A stretch of DNA of 64,000 bases from Clostridia bacterium (GCA_017505945.1 JAFVOG010000075.1:461-64460), one strand, 5' to 3'; positions 15,846-26,907 are shown, numbered from the stretch's first letter. Notes: generated by a model not told the origin, from the sequence alone. Made by a program: numbers and translations.

Positions 15846-15863
15846 TTGCCTATTTACTTTGCC

Positions 15864-17828
15864 TTATTCTTCGCTTTTTTCTTCCGTCTTTTTCTCGTCT
15901 TCTACGAGATGCTCTTTGGTGGGAGAAGTCATATTTGCAAAGGGGTTATCCCTATGCGTTTGCTCGCGGGAATCCATCGCTTCTATTACTTCCTTCCACG
16001 TTGCGCCTTTCATAAGGAGCGCAACGTCTTCGGTATAGATGGTTTCTCTTTCCACCAGCACTCTCGACATATTATCCAAAATGGAACGGTTTTCTTTCAA
16101 AAGCTTGGTCGCACGCGTATGCGCTTCGCTAATCAAACGACGGATTTCCGCGTCGATAACGCTTGCCGTTTCTTGCGAATATCCGCCACGGCTTTGGTTG
16201 CCGTATTCCATACCCATAAATACGGGTTGGTCGCTGTCGTACGCCACAAGCCCGAGCTTATCGCTCATACCCCATTGCGTTACCATACGGCGCGCAATAT
16301 CGCTTACGTGTTGCAAGTCCGCACTTGCGCCCGTCGTTACGTCTTGGATAACCAACTCTTCCGCAACCCGTCCGCCAAGCGACATACAAATATTATCGAC
16401 GAGCTTATTATACGAAACGTCGTTGTCGTCCGTTTCGGGGCGCGTCATTGTGTAGCCTGCCGCCCTGCCACGGGGAATAATGGAAACTTCGTGAACGGGG
16501 TCGCAATGTTCGCAAAGGCAAGCCAGTACCGCGTGCCCTGCTTCGTGGTACGCCGTGCAACGCTTATCCGATTCGGTAACCACACGGCTCTTCTTTTGCG
16601 GGCCCATAAGCACCTTGTTAATGCCGTCGTACAATTCCAAATTGCCAATCGCTTTCTTGCCTGCACGCGCCGCCAAAATAGCCGCTTCGTTCAAAAGGTT
16701 GGCAAGCTCCGCACCCGAGAACCCTGCCGTAATCCGCGCCACCGTCTTAAAGTTGACGTCCGACTCCATCGGTTTGTTTCTCGCGTGGACTTTCAAGATT
16801 TGTTCTCTACCCTTTACGTCGGGAAGGTTGACGTTAATTTGTCTGTCGAAACGACCGGGACGGAGCAATGCGGGGTCTAAGATATCCGCACGGTTGGTTG
16901 CCGCCATAACGATAATGCCGTCGTTGCTTTCAAAGCCGTCCATTTGCACCAAGATTTGGTTAAGCGTTTGTTCGCGTTCGTCGTGACCGCCACCAAGCCC
17001 TGCCCCACGCCGTCTACCTACGGCGTCGATTTCGTCGATAAAGATAATACAGGGTTGGTTTTTCTTCGCCGTGTCGAACAAGTCGCGCACACGTTTTGCA
17101 CCCACGCCCACGTACATTTCTACAAAGTCCGAACCCGAAACGGAGAAGAACGGCACGCCTGCTTCGCCTGCAACCGCTTTCGCAAACAACGTCTTACCCG
17201 TGCCCGGAGGCCCTACGAGCAGTACGCCCGACGGGATACGCGCGCCCAAAGCGGAAAATTTCTTGGGGCTTTTCAAAAATTCTACTACTTCCGCAAGTTC
17301 TTCCTTTTCTTCTTCCGCGCCCGCTACGTCGCTGAACCGCACGCGCATATTGTTTTGCACTTGCGTTTTGGTCTTGCCAAGGTTCATATTCGCGTTGCCT
17401 GCGCCTGCCGCACTGCGCATAATCCACCAGAAAATAACGCCTACGACAACGATACCCAAAAACGGCATTAAGCTTGCTAAAAAGCTACCCGAGTTGGGGT
17501 CGGCAAATTCTACGACCAGCTTGCTTACGTCCACGCCACCGTTGGTTAAATCGGTCATCAGCGCGGAGAAAGACTGATAATCGTAAATGCTCGGTCCGCC
17601 TTCCACTTGGTAGCTTGCCTTTACCAGCCCGTTTTCCACCAAACTCGCTTCCCAAGTATATCCGTCCACGTACAAGTGGTTGACTTTGCCCTGTTCAATC
17701 AGCGACAGCAATTCCGTAAAGGAAATACTTGCGCCTGCGCCTATAATATCTACAAGCATAAACGCAAGTAAACCCACCGCAACTACGCCGATGACTATCC
17801 ATAAAATGGTCTTACTTGATTTTTTCAA
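15864..17828 (-). CDS. ftsH: ATP-dependent zinc metalloprotease FtsH
   Basis: 654 aa. N-terminal [29 protein letters not shown], zinc site HEAGHAV. Confidence 0.95.
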   Translation of the reverse strand: MKKSSKTILWIVIGVVAVGLLAFMLVDIIGAGASISFTELLSLIEQGKVNHLYVDGYTWEASLVENGLVKASYQVEGGPSIYDYQSFSALMTDLTNGGVDVSKLVVEFADPNSGSFLASLMPFLGIVVVGVIFWWIMRSAAGAGNANMNLGKTKTQVQNNMRVRFSDVAGAEEEKEELAEVVEFLKSPKKFSALGARIPSGVLLVGPPGTGKTLFAKAVAGEAGVPFFSVSGSDFVEMYVGVGAKRVRDLFDTAKKNQPCIIFIDEIDAVGRRRGAGLGGGHDEREQTLNQILVQMDGFESNDGIIVMAATNRADILDPALLRPGRFDRQINVNLPDVKGREQILKVHARNKPMESDVNFKTVARITAGFSGAELANLLNEAAILAARAGKKAIGNLELYDGINKVLMGPQKKSRVVTESDKRCTAYHEAGHAVLACLCEHCDPVHEVSIIPRGRAAGYTMTRPETDDNDVSYNKLVDNICMSLGGRVAEELVIQDVTTGASADLQHVSDIARRMVTQWGMSDKLGLVAYDSDQPVFMGMEYGNQSRGGYSQETASVIDAEIRRLISEAHTRATKLLKENRSILDNMSRVLVERETIYTEDVALLMKGATWKEVIEAMDSREQTHRDNPFANMTSPTKEHLVEDEKKTEEKSEE

Positions 17829-17997
17829 AATGTTACTCCTTCAAGAGTTTTTCTCTACAATACTTATTTATACCCGTTTATTATATAAAATAAACGAAAG
17901 CCTACTAATTTATTCTAACATAAACGCGCGGGATTTTCAAGCGGTATTTGCCAAATACTTCAAACGTTTAACAAAATCTCACCCGTTCTTCACAAAA

Positions 17998-18618
17998 CTA
18001 CACGAAAAGCATCTTTATCGCCAGCAAGATAAGCACTACACCGCCACAAAGCGTAGCTTTATCCGCAAGCTTATTGCCCACCGCTTTACCTATATACACC
18101 GCACCGACGGAAAGCCCCAACGTAATGACGCCGATAAGCCCTGCCGACAGCCATACGCCCATAGGCAGTCCACCGCTGATTTCCGTCATCCGCAGAGTAA
18201 CCCCCACCGCCAAAGCGTCAATGGACGTCGCCACCGCTTGGGCAAGCAATTTTACTATCGTCGTTTTGCTTTCGCAGGCGCAACCGTCGTCCGCACGTTC
18301 GTCCGCGTCTGCATTTTCGCGTTCTTTCTTTTTTTCTAAAATGCAATCGATTAGCATTTTACCGCCTAAAAATGCAAGCAGGGCAAACGCCACCCAAGAC
18401 GAAATTTTCTCAAACGTACTTTGAAACGCTCCTGCGATTAGGTGCGTGACAAAATACCCGATAACGGGCATCATAAACTGAAATAACCCAAACGCCAAGC
18501 CGATAAGCAATACCCGTCGCACAGGCATTTTTCTATCCGTCATACCGTTAGTCATACTCACGGCGCACGCGTCCATAGCCAACGCAACCGCCGTCAATAC
18601 CACTTCCCAAAGTCCCAT
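17998..18618 (-). CDS. mntP: Manganese efflux pump MntP (DUF204 repeats)
   Basis: 206 aa. AVALAMDACAVSM and QAVATSIDALAVGV are duplicated motifs. Multi-TM. Starts 10 nt after the tmk stop, so there is no room for a yybP-ykoY leader. Confidence 0.8.
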   Translation of the reverse strand: MGLWEVVLTAVALAMDACAVSMTNGMTDRKMPVRRVLLIGLAFGLFQFMMPVIGYFVTHLIAGAFQSTFEKISSWVAFALLAFLGGKMLIDCILEKKKERENADADERADDGCACESKTTIVKLLAQAVATSIDALAVGVTLRMTEISGGLPMGVWLSAGLIGVITLGLSVGAVYIGKAVGNKLADKATLCGGVVLILLAIKMLFV

Positions 18619-18628
18619 ATTCGCTCCG

Positions 18629-19270
18629 TTATAAACAGTTTCGCTCTTTCAACGCCTTTACGACGTCCGCAAAGATTTCCGCAGGCGTTTGTTTGCCGTC
18701 CACGCGAATATACCGCTTAGGATACCGCTTTGCCAAGCTGTCAAAACCTTCGTACACCCGTTTATGGAAAGCAAGCCCTGCCTGTTCCAACCTGTCGTTT
18801 TCATCTGCGCCTTTCTTGCGCAAAAACGCTTCTTCGGGGGTTAAATCGATAAACACCGTCGCATCGGGTAAATAGTTTTGCAAAGCAAACGCATTGATGC
18901 TTTCCACAAACGTTTCCCCAAGCCCACGCGCGTACGCTTGATAAGCAAGGGACGAATCGACGTATCTGTCGCAAATGACCAGCTTTCCTTCTTGCAAAGC
19001 AGGCTCTACCTTATCGTGCAAGTGTTGCACGCGCGCCGCCGCGTATAACAGCGCTTCGCACTCATCCGTCATTTCGGCATTTTTTCCGTTTAATAAAATT
19101 TCACGGATGGCTTCGGAGATTTTTCCACCGCCGGGCTCTCTCGTAAATACGTGCTGTACGCCCTGTTCTTGCAAATACGCGCTCAGCATTTTCAGTTGCG
19201 TACTTTTCCCACAACCGTCACAGCCTTCAAACGTAATCAGTTTCCCTCTCATTATCTTATTCCTCCGCAT
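18629..19270 (-). CDS. tmk: Thymidylate kinase
   Basis: 213 aa. P-loop ITFEGCDGCGKST, DRY motif CDRYVDSSLAYQ. The start may instead be the internal MRGK at 19252. Confidence 0.9.
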   Translation of the reverse strand: MRRNKIMRGKLITFEGCDGCGKSTQLKMLSAYLQEQGVQHVFTREPGGGKISEAIREILLNGKNAEMTDECEALLYAAARVQHLHDKVEPALQEGKLVICDRYVDSSLAYQAYARGLGETFVESINAFALQNYLPDATVFIDLTPEEAFLRKKGADENDRLEQAGLAFHKRVYEGFDSLAKRYPKRYIRVDGKQTPAEIFADVVKALKERNCL

Positions 19271-20516
19271 CCGCTTTGCATACCGTAATTTTTCCGTCCG
19301 TCAGTCCAAACGTACCGTCGGCGTTTTGTAATACGCGTATTTTTTCTTGCGTAATCCTTTCACCGCGCGCAATCAGCGTTACGCACGGAGGGAACAGTCC
19401 GCAATCCTTTGCGCACACCCTGCCTAAGGCTTGCGCCAAAGGGATATTCTCCATATCCCCGTCCACCGCTACAAATTCGGGGGCAGGTATGCGTTCAATT
19501 CGTTCATAGGGGTATTGCTTTCCCACCTTTTTTAATGCCCTGCACAGCGCTGAAAATTGCCCGTTCGTCGTTGCAGGCGACAGATAAAACAATAACAAAT
19601 CCCCATCGCAAAACTCCGCAAATATTCCGCGCCGTTCCAACGCTTGTTTGATTTCGTAGGCGCGTTTTCCGCCCTTAAATAAAAACTTCGTCCAGTCGTC
19701 GTTTACAATCACCCTATCGTTTGTCTTTGCCACCGCAAAAACGGCGTCTTCCAAACGGGGGTTGGGGGGATATTTTACCGCGTACTCCACCGACGCCATA
19801 ACGGGGTACGAAGGACTGCTCGTGCGGAATATATCCACGCTTTCCCGTAAATACTCCGCCCAAAATTCCGTCTTAGCGGAAACGACTGCGCCTTGCGTCA
19901 ACGCAGGCAAGCTCTTATGTACGCCGTCCACCCACATATCCGCAAAAAAGCCTGCGTATAATTTGGCGTTACCTTTCAAATGTCCGCCGTGCGCCCCGTC
20001 GCAAAGCAGGGGCTTGTTTGCATTTTTACACGCGTTTTCGAGTTGTTGTAAATTCGGGATACGCCCGTAATAATCAGGGGAAACGATAAGCAAGCCGTCC
20101 GCCTTTTCCAACACCGTTTGAGGGGCTGACAAATCTTCCGCCGTGTAGAACACGGGAGCGATATGGCACAGCTTGCAACCGTTTTTCACACTTTTATGCG
20201 CAAAATCGGGAATAGCTAAGCTTTGATACCCAGCCAACACATAGGCGTGGAGCATAGCAAGCACCCCCGAAGTACTGCCGTCCGTTAGGATAAAGCTTTG
20301 CTTTGCGCCTAAAACCTCCGCGATATCCGCTTGCGCCTTGGCAATACAACCCGTCGGCGCGGACAAGTTATCCGTATAGCTAAGCTCGGTTACGTCGTAT
20401 CCAGGTTGTTTATGCCCAGGCGTGTGAAAGGACAAATGTTTACCTTGCGCACGGAGCATAGCGTAGATATGGCAACGCTTTTTAACGTTGCGATTTTTCA
20501 ACCTAAGCTTAACCAT
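19257..20516 (-). CDS. Orn/Lys/Arg decarboxylase-family PLP enzyme (YaaO-like)
   Basis: 419 aa. SFHTPGHK N-terminal motif and VDGVHKSLPALTQ (PLP lysine). Lies upstream of tmk, as yaaO does in Bacillus. Start uncertain (20516 or 20459). Confidence 0.8.
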   Translation of the reverse strand: MVKLRLKNRNVKKRCHIYAMLRAQGKHLSFHTPGHKQPGYDVTELSYTDNLSAPTGCIAKAQADIAEVLGAKQSFILTDGSTSGVLAMLHAYVLAGYQSLAIPDFAHKSVKNGCKLCHIAPVFYTAEDLSAPQTVLEKADGLLIVSPDYYGRIPNLQQLENACKNANKPLLCDGAHGGHLKGNAKLYAGFFADMWVDGVHKSLPALTQGAVVSAKTEFWAEYLRESVDIFRTSSPSYPVMASVEYAVKYPPNPRLEDAVFAVAKTNDRVIVNDDWTKFLFKGGKRAYEIKQALERRGIFAEFCDGDLLLFYLSPATTNGQFSALCRALKKVGKQYPYERIERIPAPEFVAVDGDMENIPLAQALGRVCAKDCGLFPPCVTLIARGERITQEKIRVLQNADGTFGLTDGKITVCKADAEE

Positions 20517-21507
20517 TTTGCACGGGCGTATAGCAATCCTTAATGATATACGTTACGTAAACCAAACTTTCGTATTCGTACGAATCGTCCACGTCGTACA
20601 TATCAAAGAACATCACGCACATATTTTTGGACGTCATAGCCGGTTTTTCCACCGTTTCGTCCACGTACGAATACCAGTTGCTCAGCTTGCCCATCGTAGT
20701 TACGTCGGGGCATAAATTGAGCGCAAATTTCCCTTCAAGCGCAGGTTCGTCCGTCGTTTCGTTTTTAATTACCGTACCGTCGGGGTTTACCGCCGTAACC
20801 GTTTCCAACGTAACGATTCCGTCTTGTAAAAAGCCCGTAAATTCGTCGTACGCCGTCTTATACTTGCGGATGCGTTCCACTTCGTCCAACGCGCCTGCCT
20901 GTTTTTGTTTTTCCGTCTTAAAACGCTTGTCTTTGTTCGCCTTAACGCGGTCTAAAAACGCTTGCTTTACTTTATCTTCGTCCAGCGTTCCCGTCGTATG
21001 GTCACCGCCGTAGTATTCGTCCAAATACTCGTCCATACCCTGCAAATATTTTTCAATATCGAAAAAGTTGGACGGGTAGGACGAAAGCATTGCTTGCACG
21101 TACGTACGGGGATAGGTCGTTTGTTCGTCTTTCTCGACGGGGTTGGTCGCGTCGGGAGCGTTGGGCAAAAACAGCACATCCCCTTCGTTCGTCGAAAGAC
21201 GGGTTTGCAACATCGTGTGCGCCATATCCTTTTGCGTGGATAAATCGTAGGTGTGCGTTTCTATCGTTTCATACGAAAACACACCGTCTTGCAATATTCC
21301 TTGTTGACGGGTATAATATCCGTCGTCCAACGGCACGTTGCTGGAATAGCTAAACACGGTAAATTCCTGCCACGGCTGAATCCGCGTTGCCGTCGTCGTA
21401 AAAACGAGCGACCAACCTAAAATGACCGCCGCGATAACCGCCACGATTTTTATCCAGTCGTAGGAAAGCATCCTGCCTATTCTTTGTTTGGTGATTTTTG
21501 CATCCAT
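20509..21507 (-). CDS. Membrane-anchored extracytoplasmic protein of unknown function
   Basis: I chose the ATG at 21507 (MDAKITKQR...), preceded by GGAG. There is a single TM, IKIVAVIAAVILGWSLVF. No motif recognised. The track ORF extends to 21645. Confidence 0.6.
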   Translation of the reverse strand: MDAKITKQRIGRMLSYDWIKIVAVIAAVILGWSLVFTTTATRIQPWQEFTVFSYSSNVPLDDGYYTRQQGILQDGVFSYETIETHTYDLSTQKDMAHTMLQTRLSTNEGDVLFLPNAPDATNPVEKDEQTTYPRTYVQAMLSSYPSNFFDIEKYLQGMDEYLDEYYGGDHTTGTLDEDKVKQAFLDRVKANKDKRFKTEKQKQAGALDEVERIRKYKTAYDEFTGFLQDGIVTLETVTAVNPDGTVIKNETTDEPALEGKFALNLCPDVTTMGKLSNWYSYVDETVEKPAMTSKNMCVMFFDMYDVDDSYEYESLVYVTYIIKDCYTPVQNG

Positions 21508-21689
21508 AAAACACTCCGTACAAATTGCATAAACGCATACTTTTTGAAAAAGGCATACACACGGTTTGCACCTATTTTTACAATTTGCTGAATATTTAGT
21601 ATATTTATGCGACAGCAAAACTTGTCGCATAAAGGGTACGCGCAACGTGCGTGCGTTATGAAAACGCCCACGCGTTGCGCGCCTTTCTC

Positions 21690-23198
21690 TTATTTTTTCG
21701 GTTTCATCGTCGGGAAGAGAATTACGTCTCTAATCGTCGAACTGTCGGTAAGAAGCATTACGAAACGGTCAAACCCAAGCCCCAAACCGCCTGTGGGGGG
21801 CAAGCCGTATTCCAGCGCGTTAATGAAATCTTCATCTACTTGCGCGTCGTTGTTGCCCTTGGCACGTTTTGCTTCTACTTGTTTAAGCATACGTTGCTTT
21901 TGGTCAATCGGGTCGTTAAGTTCGGAGAACGCGTTGCCGTATTCGTGACCGCAAATAAAGTACTCGAAGCGTTCGGTAAACGCAGGATTAGACGGTTTGC
22001 GTTTTGCCAAAGGCGAATTTTCTACGGGATAATCGTAGATAATCGTGGGCTGAATCAGCTTGTCTTCTACAAACGCGTCGAACAGTTCGATAAGCACCCA
22101 ACCTTTGGTTGCGTTTTCGTGTTCGAGTTCCACACCCAACGATTTAGCCGACTCGCGCGCGTCTTCGTCCGTAGCCCAGTCGTTATAATCGACGCCAGCG
22201 TACTTTTTCACCGCTTCCGCCATCGTAAGGCGCGTCCAGTTGCCCATATCGATTTCCGTGCCTTGATAGCTAATGTTCAGCGTACCGCAAACGTTTTGCG
22301 TTACCGTCTTATACAGGTCTTCAATCATATCCATCATATCGAAATAGTCGCTGTACGCTTCGTACATTTCAATCGACGTAAATTCGGGGTTGTGATACGC
22401 GTCCATACCTTCGTTACGGAAAATTCTACCCACTTCGTACACTCTGTCCATACCGCCTACAATCAAGCGTTTCAAAAAGAGCTCCGTTTCGATACGCATA
22501 TACATATCCAAATCCAACGCGTTGTGGTGCGTCTTAAACGGGCGTGCGTCCGCGCCGATTTCCAGCGGTAAAAGCGTGGGGGTATCCACTTCCAAATACC
22601 CGCGGTTATCCAAATAGTTTCTAATTTCTTTCAAAATTTGCGAACGAACGCGGAACGTGTCGCGCACGTCCTTATTCATAATCAAATCCAAATGGCGCAA
22701 GCGGTATTTCATATCCTTGTCCTGCAAACCGTTGTATTTTTCGGGCAGGGGGAGCAAGGATTTAGAAAGCATAATCAGCTCGGTTACGTGTACGCTGACT
22801 TCGCCCGTTTGCGTTTTGAACACAAATCCCTTAAAGCCCACGATATCGCCGATGTCGTAGTCCTTTTTGTAGGACATATAGTTTTCTTCGCCGATATCCT
22901 GACGGGTTACGTAAATTTGGATATTGCCCGTCTTGTCCGCAATATGCGAAAAGGACGCTTTGCCCATAATACGGCGGGACATCATACGCCCTGCCATCGT
23001 TACCGTCTTGCCTTCGTACGCTTCAAAGTTTTCTTTAACCGTCGTAGAGTGTACGTCTACGGGGTATTTTACCTGTTCGTACGGATTTTTACCTTCGGCA
23101 ACAAGCTTAGCAAGCTTTTCACGGCGAATTCTGCCTTGTTCGATAAGCTGTTCTTCTTCCGACACGCCTTCGGGCGTGTTTACGTTATTATTTTGCAT
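21690..23198 (-). CDS. lysS: Lysyl-tRNA synthetase, class II
   Basis: 502 aa. OB anticodon-binding domain followed by class II motifs (FRNEG, GLGIDR-like GLGLGFDR). Confidence 0.95.
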   Translation of the reverse strand: MQNNNVNTPEGVSEEEQLIEQGRIRREKLAKLVAEGKNPYEQVKYPVDVHSTTVKENFEAYEGKTVTMAGRMMSRRIMGKASFSHIADKTGNIQIYVTRQDIGEENYMSYKKDYDIGDIVGFKGFVFKTQTGEVSVHVTELIMLSKSLLPLPEKYNGLQDKDMKYRLRHLDLIMNKDVRDTFRVRSQILKEIRNYLDNRGYLEVDTPTLLPLEIGADARPFKTHHNALDLDMYMRIETELFLKRLIVGGMDRVYEVGRIFRNEGMDAYHNPEFTSIEMYEAYSDYFDMMDMIEDLYKTVTQNVCGTLNISYQGTEIDMGNWTRLTMAEAVKKYAGVDYNDWATDEDARESAKSLGVELEHENATKGWVLIELFDAFVEDKLIQPTIIYDYPVENSPLAKRKPSNPAFTERFEYFICGHEYGNAFSELNDPIDQKQRMLKQVEAKRAKGNNDAQVDEDFINALEYGLPPTGGLGLGFDRFVMLLTDSSTIRDVILFPTMKPKK

Positions 23199-23230
23199 AT
23201 TTTCAACCTCTCGTTTCCTGCTACGGTTCG

Positions 23231-23698
23231 TTAAAAAATCTTTCTAATCGTCAATTTATATTCGCATTCGGGGGCTTTTACCGTTACCGTTTCTCCCACT
23301 TTGCGTTTCATAAGCGCAGTCCCTACGGGGGATTCGTTGGAAATCTTGTTGTTCATCGGGTCGGCTTCCGTCGAACCCGTGATTTCATACACTTCTTCCA
23401 TATCCATATCTTCGTCGTAAACGCTAACCTTCGAGCCGATATGCACGTGGCTCGTATCCGTCGTTTCTTCTACGATTACCGCGTTTTTCAGCTTATAATC
23501 GAGTTCGGTAATTTCCGTTTCGTTAGCCGCTTGTTCGTTACGCGCTGCGTCGTATTCCGCATTTTCGCTCAAATCGCCGTGGTCTCTCGCTTCCTTAATA
23601 CGCTCTACGATTTCTCTGCGTTTTACCGTTTGTAAGTACATCAATCTTTCTTGCTCTTCGTCGTAGGCTTTTTGCGTCATAAGAAATTTTTCCGCCAT
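23231..23698 (-). CDS. greA: Transcription elongation factor GreA
   Basis: ATG at 23698 (MAEKFLMTQKAYD...), preceded by AAGGAGAT. DLSENAEYDAAR is the Gre coiled-coil acidic tip. Confidence 0.9.
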   Translation of the reverse strand: MAEKFLMTQKAYDEEQERLMYLQTVKRREIVERIKEARDHGDLSENAEYDAARNEQAANETEITELDYKLKNAVIVEETTDTSHVHIGSKVSVYDEDMDMEEVYEITGSTEADPMNNKISNESPVGTALMKRKVGETVTVKAPECEYKLTIRKIF

Positions 23699-23849
23699 AT
23701 ATCTCCTTATCCGTCCCACACTCGTTTTTTACGGGTTTTGTCCTTTCGCCAAACAGCACACGAAAAAACAGCCCGTCTTGCGGGGCGTTAAAAACTACCG
23801 CGGCTTTTCTTCTACCAAAAAGCCACGGCATTTCTCTTTATCGTACCTT

Positions 23850-23878
23850 ATTATATATCATTTTCCCGTCGTTGTCAA
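23850..23878 (-). promoter_or_regulatory. Sigma-A consensus promoter of greA
   Basis: On the - strand: TTGACA (23878-23873) - 17 nt - TATAAT (23855-23850). Leader of about 145 nt. Confidence 0.65.
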
Positions 23879-23940
23879 TGTTTTTCGTCCGTTTTTACAA
23901 GATTTTCATCTCGTTTCCGCATTTTGACGGGCGTATTTTG

Positions 23941-25107
23941 TCAAATCTTAGAAACAAACGCTTGCATCCGCGTAAACGCCTCGTCCAAAGCACTCATACT
24001 CGTCGCGTACGACAACCGTACGTTGTATTCCCCAAACGTCCCAAACGCGTTTCCAGGCACAACCGCTACTTTGTGCCCTTTCAGCAGTCCGTCGGCAAAC
24101 TTTTCCGCGTTCAATCCCGTACTCTTAACGGACGGGAACGCATAAAACGCGCCTTGCGGTTCAAAACAGTGCAACCCGATTTCCGAAAGGGAGTGGAGCA
24201 CGAACTTACGGCGTTTATCGTACGAATCGCGCATTTCTTCCACCGTCGCAAACCCGTCGTAAAACCCGTCTTTCAACGCTTCTATCGCACCATATTGCGA
24301 AGTGATAGGGGCGCACATAATGCCGTATTGATGAATTTTGAACATCGCCTCGTCAATCTCTTTCGGCGCGCACACAAACCCCAAACGCCAGCCCGTCATA
24401 GCAAACGCCTTGGAGAAACCGCCCACGTACACGCAACGCTCCTGCATCCCAGGCAGGGAAACGATGCTTGCGTGTTTTCTACCGTAGGTAAGCTCCGCAT
24501 AAATTTCGTCGGTAATCACAAGCAAGTCGTGCTTGATAATCACTTTCGCTATCTTTTCCAAGTCTTCCTTGGTCATAATACCGCCCGTAGGATTGTTGGG
24601 ATAGGTCAAAATAATCGCCTTCGTCTTAGGCGTAATCACCTTTTCCAAACTCTCGGGTTTTAACACGAAATTGTCTTCTTCCTTGCACTCCACAGGCACG
24701 GCAACGCCGTCCGCCATATACACAAGTGGAGAATAAGACACGTAGGCAGGGTCGGGAACAAGCACTTCGTCACCGCGTTCCACGCACGCACGCAAAGCAA
24801 GGTCAATCGCCTCGCTACCGCCTACGGTAATCAAAATATGTTTAGGGTCGTAAGAAAGCCCAAACCGTTCGAAAAGGTACTTAGAAATCAGCTCCAAAAG
24901 TTGGGGCAAACCGCGATTGCCCGTGTACTGCGTATAACCGCGTTGCAAGGACGTAATCGCAGCGGAGCGCACTTTCCAAGGCGTAACAAAATCAGGTTCG
25001 CCCACGCCAAGGGAAATCGCACCTTCCGTTTCGCGTACGATATCGAAAAATTTTCGTATTCCACTCGGCTGTAACAGTTTGGCTTTTTGGTTTACAAAAT
25101 CACGCAT
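23941..25107 (-). CDS. Class I/II PLP-dependent aminotransferase (AspC-like)
   Basis: 388 aa. GEPDF, NPTG, SKAFAMTGWRLG (PLP lysine context). Confidence 0.85.
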   Translation of the reverse strand: MRDFVNQKAKLLQPSGIRKFFDIVRETEGAISLGVGEPDFVTPWKVRSAAITSLQRGYTQYTGNRGLPQLLELISKYLFERFGLSYDPKHILITVGGSEAIDLALRACVERGDEVLVPDPAYVSYSPLVYMADGVAVPVECKEEDNFVLKPESLEKVITPKTKAIILTYPNNPTGGIMTKEDLEKIAKVIIKHDLLVITDEIYAELTYGRKHASIVSLPGMQERCVYVGGFSKAFAMTGWRLGFVCAPKEIDEAMFKIHQYGIMCAPITSQYGAIEALKDGFYDGFATVEEMRDSYDKRRKFVLHSLSEIGLHCFEPQGAFYAFPSVKSTGLNAEKFADGLLKGHKVAVVPGNAFGTFGEYNVRLSYATSMSALDEAFTRMQAFVSKI

Positions 25108-25119
25108 ACAAATATCCTT

Positions 25120-25611
25120 TTACGCTTGCACGGACAAACGCAAATCCGCGTCTTCCTTTTCCGTTAATACGCCTTCGATTTTATACTTCTTCAAAATGAA
25201 ATGCGTCGCCGTAGAAATTACGCCGTCAAACGTGGAAATACGTTCGCTGACGAAACGGGACACCTGTTGCAACGACCTGTCTTCGATAAATACCGCCAAA
25301 TCGTACGCACCGCTCATCAAATACACCGATTTTACTTCGGGGAAGGACGCGATTTGCTTGGCAATACCGTCAAAGCCTTCTTTCTTTTTAGGGGTAACTT
25401 TGACTTCAATCAGCGCGCTCACCACCGAATCTTCCGTCTTTTCGTCGTTGACGATGGCGGTATATTTGACAATCGTTCCGTTTTCTTCCATAGCGCGAAT
25501 ACACGAAGAAACTTCGTCTTCGCCTACGGACAGCATTGCGGAAATCTTCTTGGCGGACATACGCGCGTCGCTTGACAAAATGGCTAAAATATCCTTTTCT
25601 AAAACCGTCAT
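25120..25611 (-). CDS. Lrp/AsnC-family transcriptional regulator
   Basis: 163 aa. N-terminal wHTH (ILAILSSDARMSAKKISAMLSV) and a C-terminal RAM-like domain. Lies upstream of the aminotransferase. Confidence 0.8.
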   Translation of the reverse strand: MTVLEKDILAILSSDARMSAKKISAMLSVGEDEVSSCIRAMEENGTIVKYTAIVNDEKTEDSVVSALIEVKVTPKKKEGFDGIAKQIASFPEVKSVYLMSGAYDLAVFIEDRSLQQVSRFVSERISTFDGVISTATHFILKKYKIEGVLTEKEDADLRLSVQA

Positions 25612-25630
25612 TTTTCTTTTCTCCTAACCT

Positions 25631-25900
25631 TTACGGTAAATTTTCCAAAAACAGCTGGTCGTACCCTAAACTCTCCACGAAATCCCTTGGGATAAACTTG
25701 ACGTGGTTGAATTTTGCAAAATTAAAAATGTGCGTTTTCGTCAAAACGGGAGTGGGAACGTCCATCGCTTGACAGATATCCGTAATATAATCGAAAAAAT
25801 GCGAATATATCACCCGTTCGCCCTTTTCATATACGTACTGTTTCTCAATTTTGCCGTCTGTAATCAGCTTTGCCCAAATTCTCATACCCGTATTATACAC
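25631..25900 (-). CDS. Small hypothetical protein
   Basis: 89-aa ORF co-directional with, and 19 nt upstream of, the Lrp-like gene. No motif recognised. The start could be MRIW at 25885. Confidence 0.45.
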   Translation of the reverse strand: MYNTGMRIWAKLITDGKIEKQYVYEKGERVIYSHFFDYITDICQAMDVPTPVLTKTHIFNFAKFNHVKFIPRDFVESLGYDQLFLENLP

Positions 25901-26115
25901 GAAAAGCGAAAAAAAGTAAACCGTTTCCGTGATACTATTGCGTTTTTTTCATAAAATCCACGTTCTAAACTCCCGTCTTTTTCTCATACCCTAAAATAGC
26001 GACGTACCCCAAACCAAGAGAGAATAGGCGTTTTCGATAAAACTTCTTTTCTTTCCCGTAAGTTTGGCAAATTTCGACGGCGTAAAATTGCTATGATGGA
26101 GCAAATCGATACGTT

Positions 26116-26907
26116 ATGCAACACAAACACAATCCCAAGTACAATTCTCCCACGCGAAAGCAAAAAACCGCCGTTGGTTGCGTTTTACTTTCGGCGCTGT
26201 TTTTCGTTGTCGGCGTTTGCATTTTCGTCACCCAAAAACGCGTAGCCCAAACGGTGGCAAGCAGTAGGCTGTTGCCCGTTTACTCGGTAGCAAGGGAAGA
26301 TAAGCAAATCGCCATCAGTTTCGATTGCGCTTGGGGCGTGGAACACACCGACGAAATTTTATCCCACCTTAAAAACAACGACGTGCGTTGCACCTTTTTT
26401 GCCGTGGAGTTTTGGGTGGAACGTTATCCCGAATACGCCAAGAAAATCGTGGACGCAGGACACGAACTCGGCACGCACAGCCGTTCGCACCCGTATATGA
26501 GCAAGCTTTCCAAAACGCAAATCCAAGACGAACTGACCACTTCGGCTTTGGCAATCGAAAGGGCGACGGGCAAAAAGCCCGACCTGTTCCGCGCGCCGTA
26601 CGGCGATTATAACAACACGCTTATCCAAACGGCAACGGAGCTTGGTTTATACACGATACAGTGGGACGTCGATTCGCTCGACTGGAAAAACCTATCCGCA
26701 ACGGAAATCGCCCTGCGCGTCGTCAACGGCGCGAAAAGCGGTTCGATTATCCTTTGCCACAACAACGGCTTGCACACCGCCGAAGCCTTACCGCTTATCT
26801 TTTCCACGCTGAAAAACCGCGGTTTTTCCTTCGTGCCTATCGGCGAGCTTATCTACCGCGAAAACTATACGATAGACGTGACGGGAAAACAGCACCCGTG
26901 TACTTGA
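26116..26907 (+). CDS. Polysaccharide (peptidoglycan) deacetylase, NodB family, membrane-anchored
   Basis: 263 aa. TM near the N-terminus. NodB motifs ISFDCAWG (TFDD-like), HELGTHSRSHP, RAPYG, LCHN. Confidence 0.85.
   Translation: MQHKHNPKYNSPTRKQKTAVGCVLLSALFFVVGVCIFVTQKRVAQTVASSRLLPVYSVAREDKQIAISFDCAWGVEHTDEILSHLKNNDVRCTFFAVEFWVERYPEYAKKIVDAGHELGTHSRSHPYMSKLSKTQIQDELTTSALAIERATGKKPDLFRAPYGDYNNTLIQTATELGLYTIQWDVDSLDWKNLSATEIALRVVNGAKSGSIILCHNNGLHTAEALPLIFSTLKNRGFSFVPIGELIYRENYTIDVTGKQHPCT

Noticed and set aside
18619-18628. Expected a yybP-ykoY (Mn2+) riboswitch upstream of mntP.
   Set aside because: Only 10 nt separate mntP from the tmk stop codon, so there is no room for the element. mntP appears to be co-transcribed with tmk.
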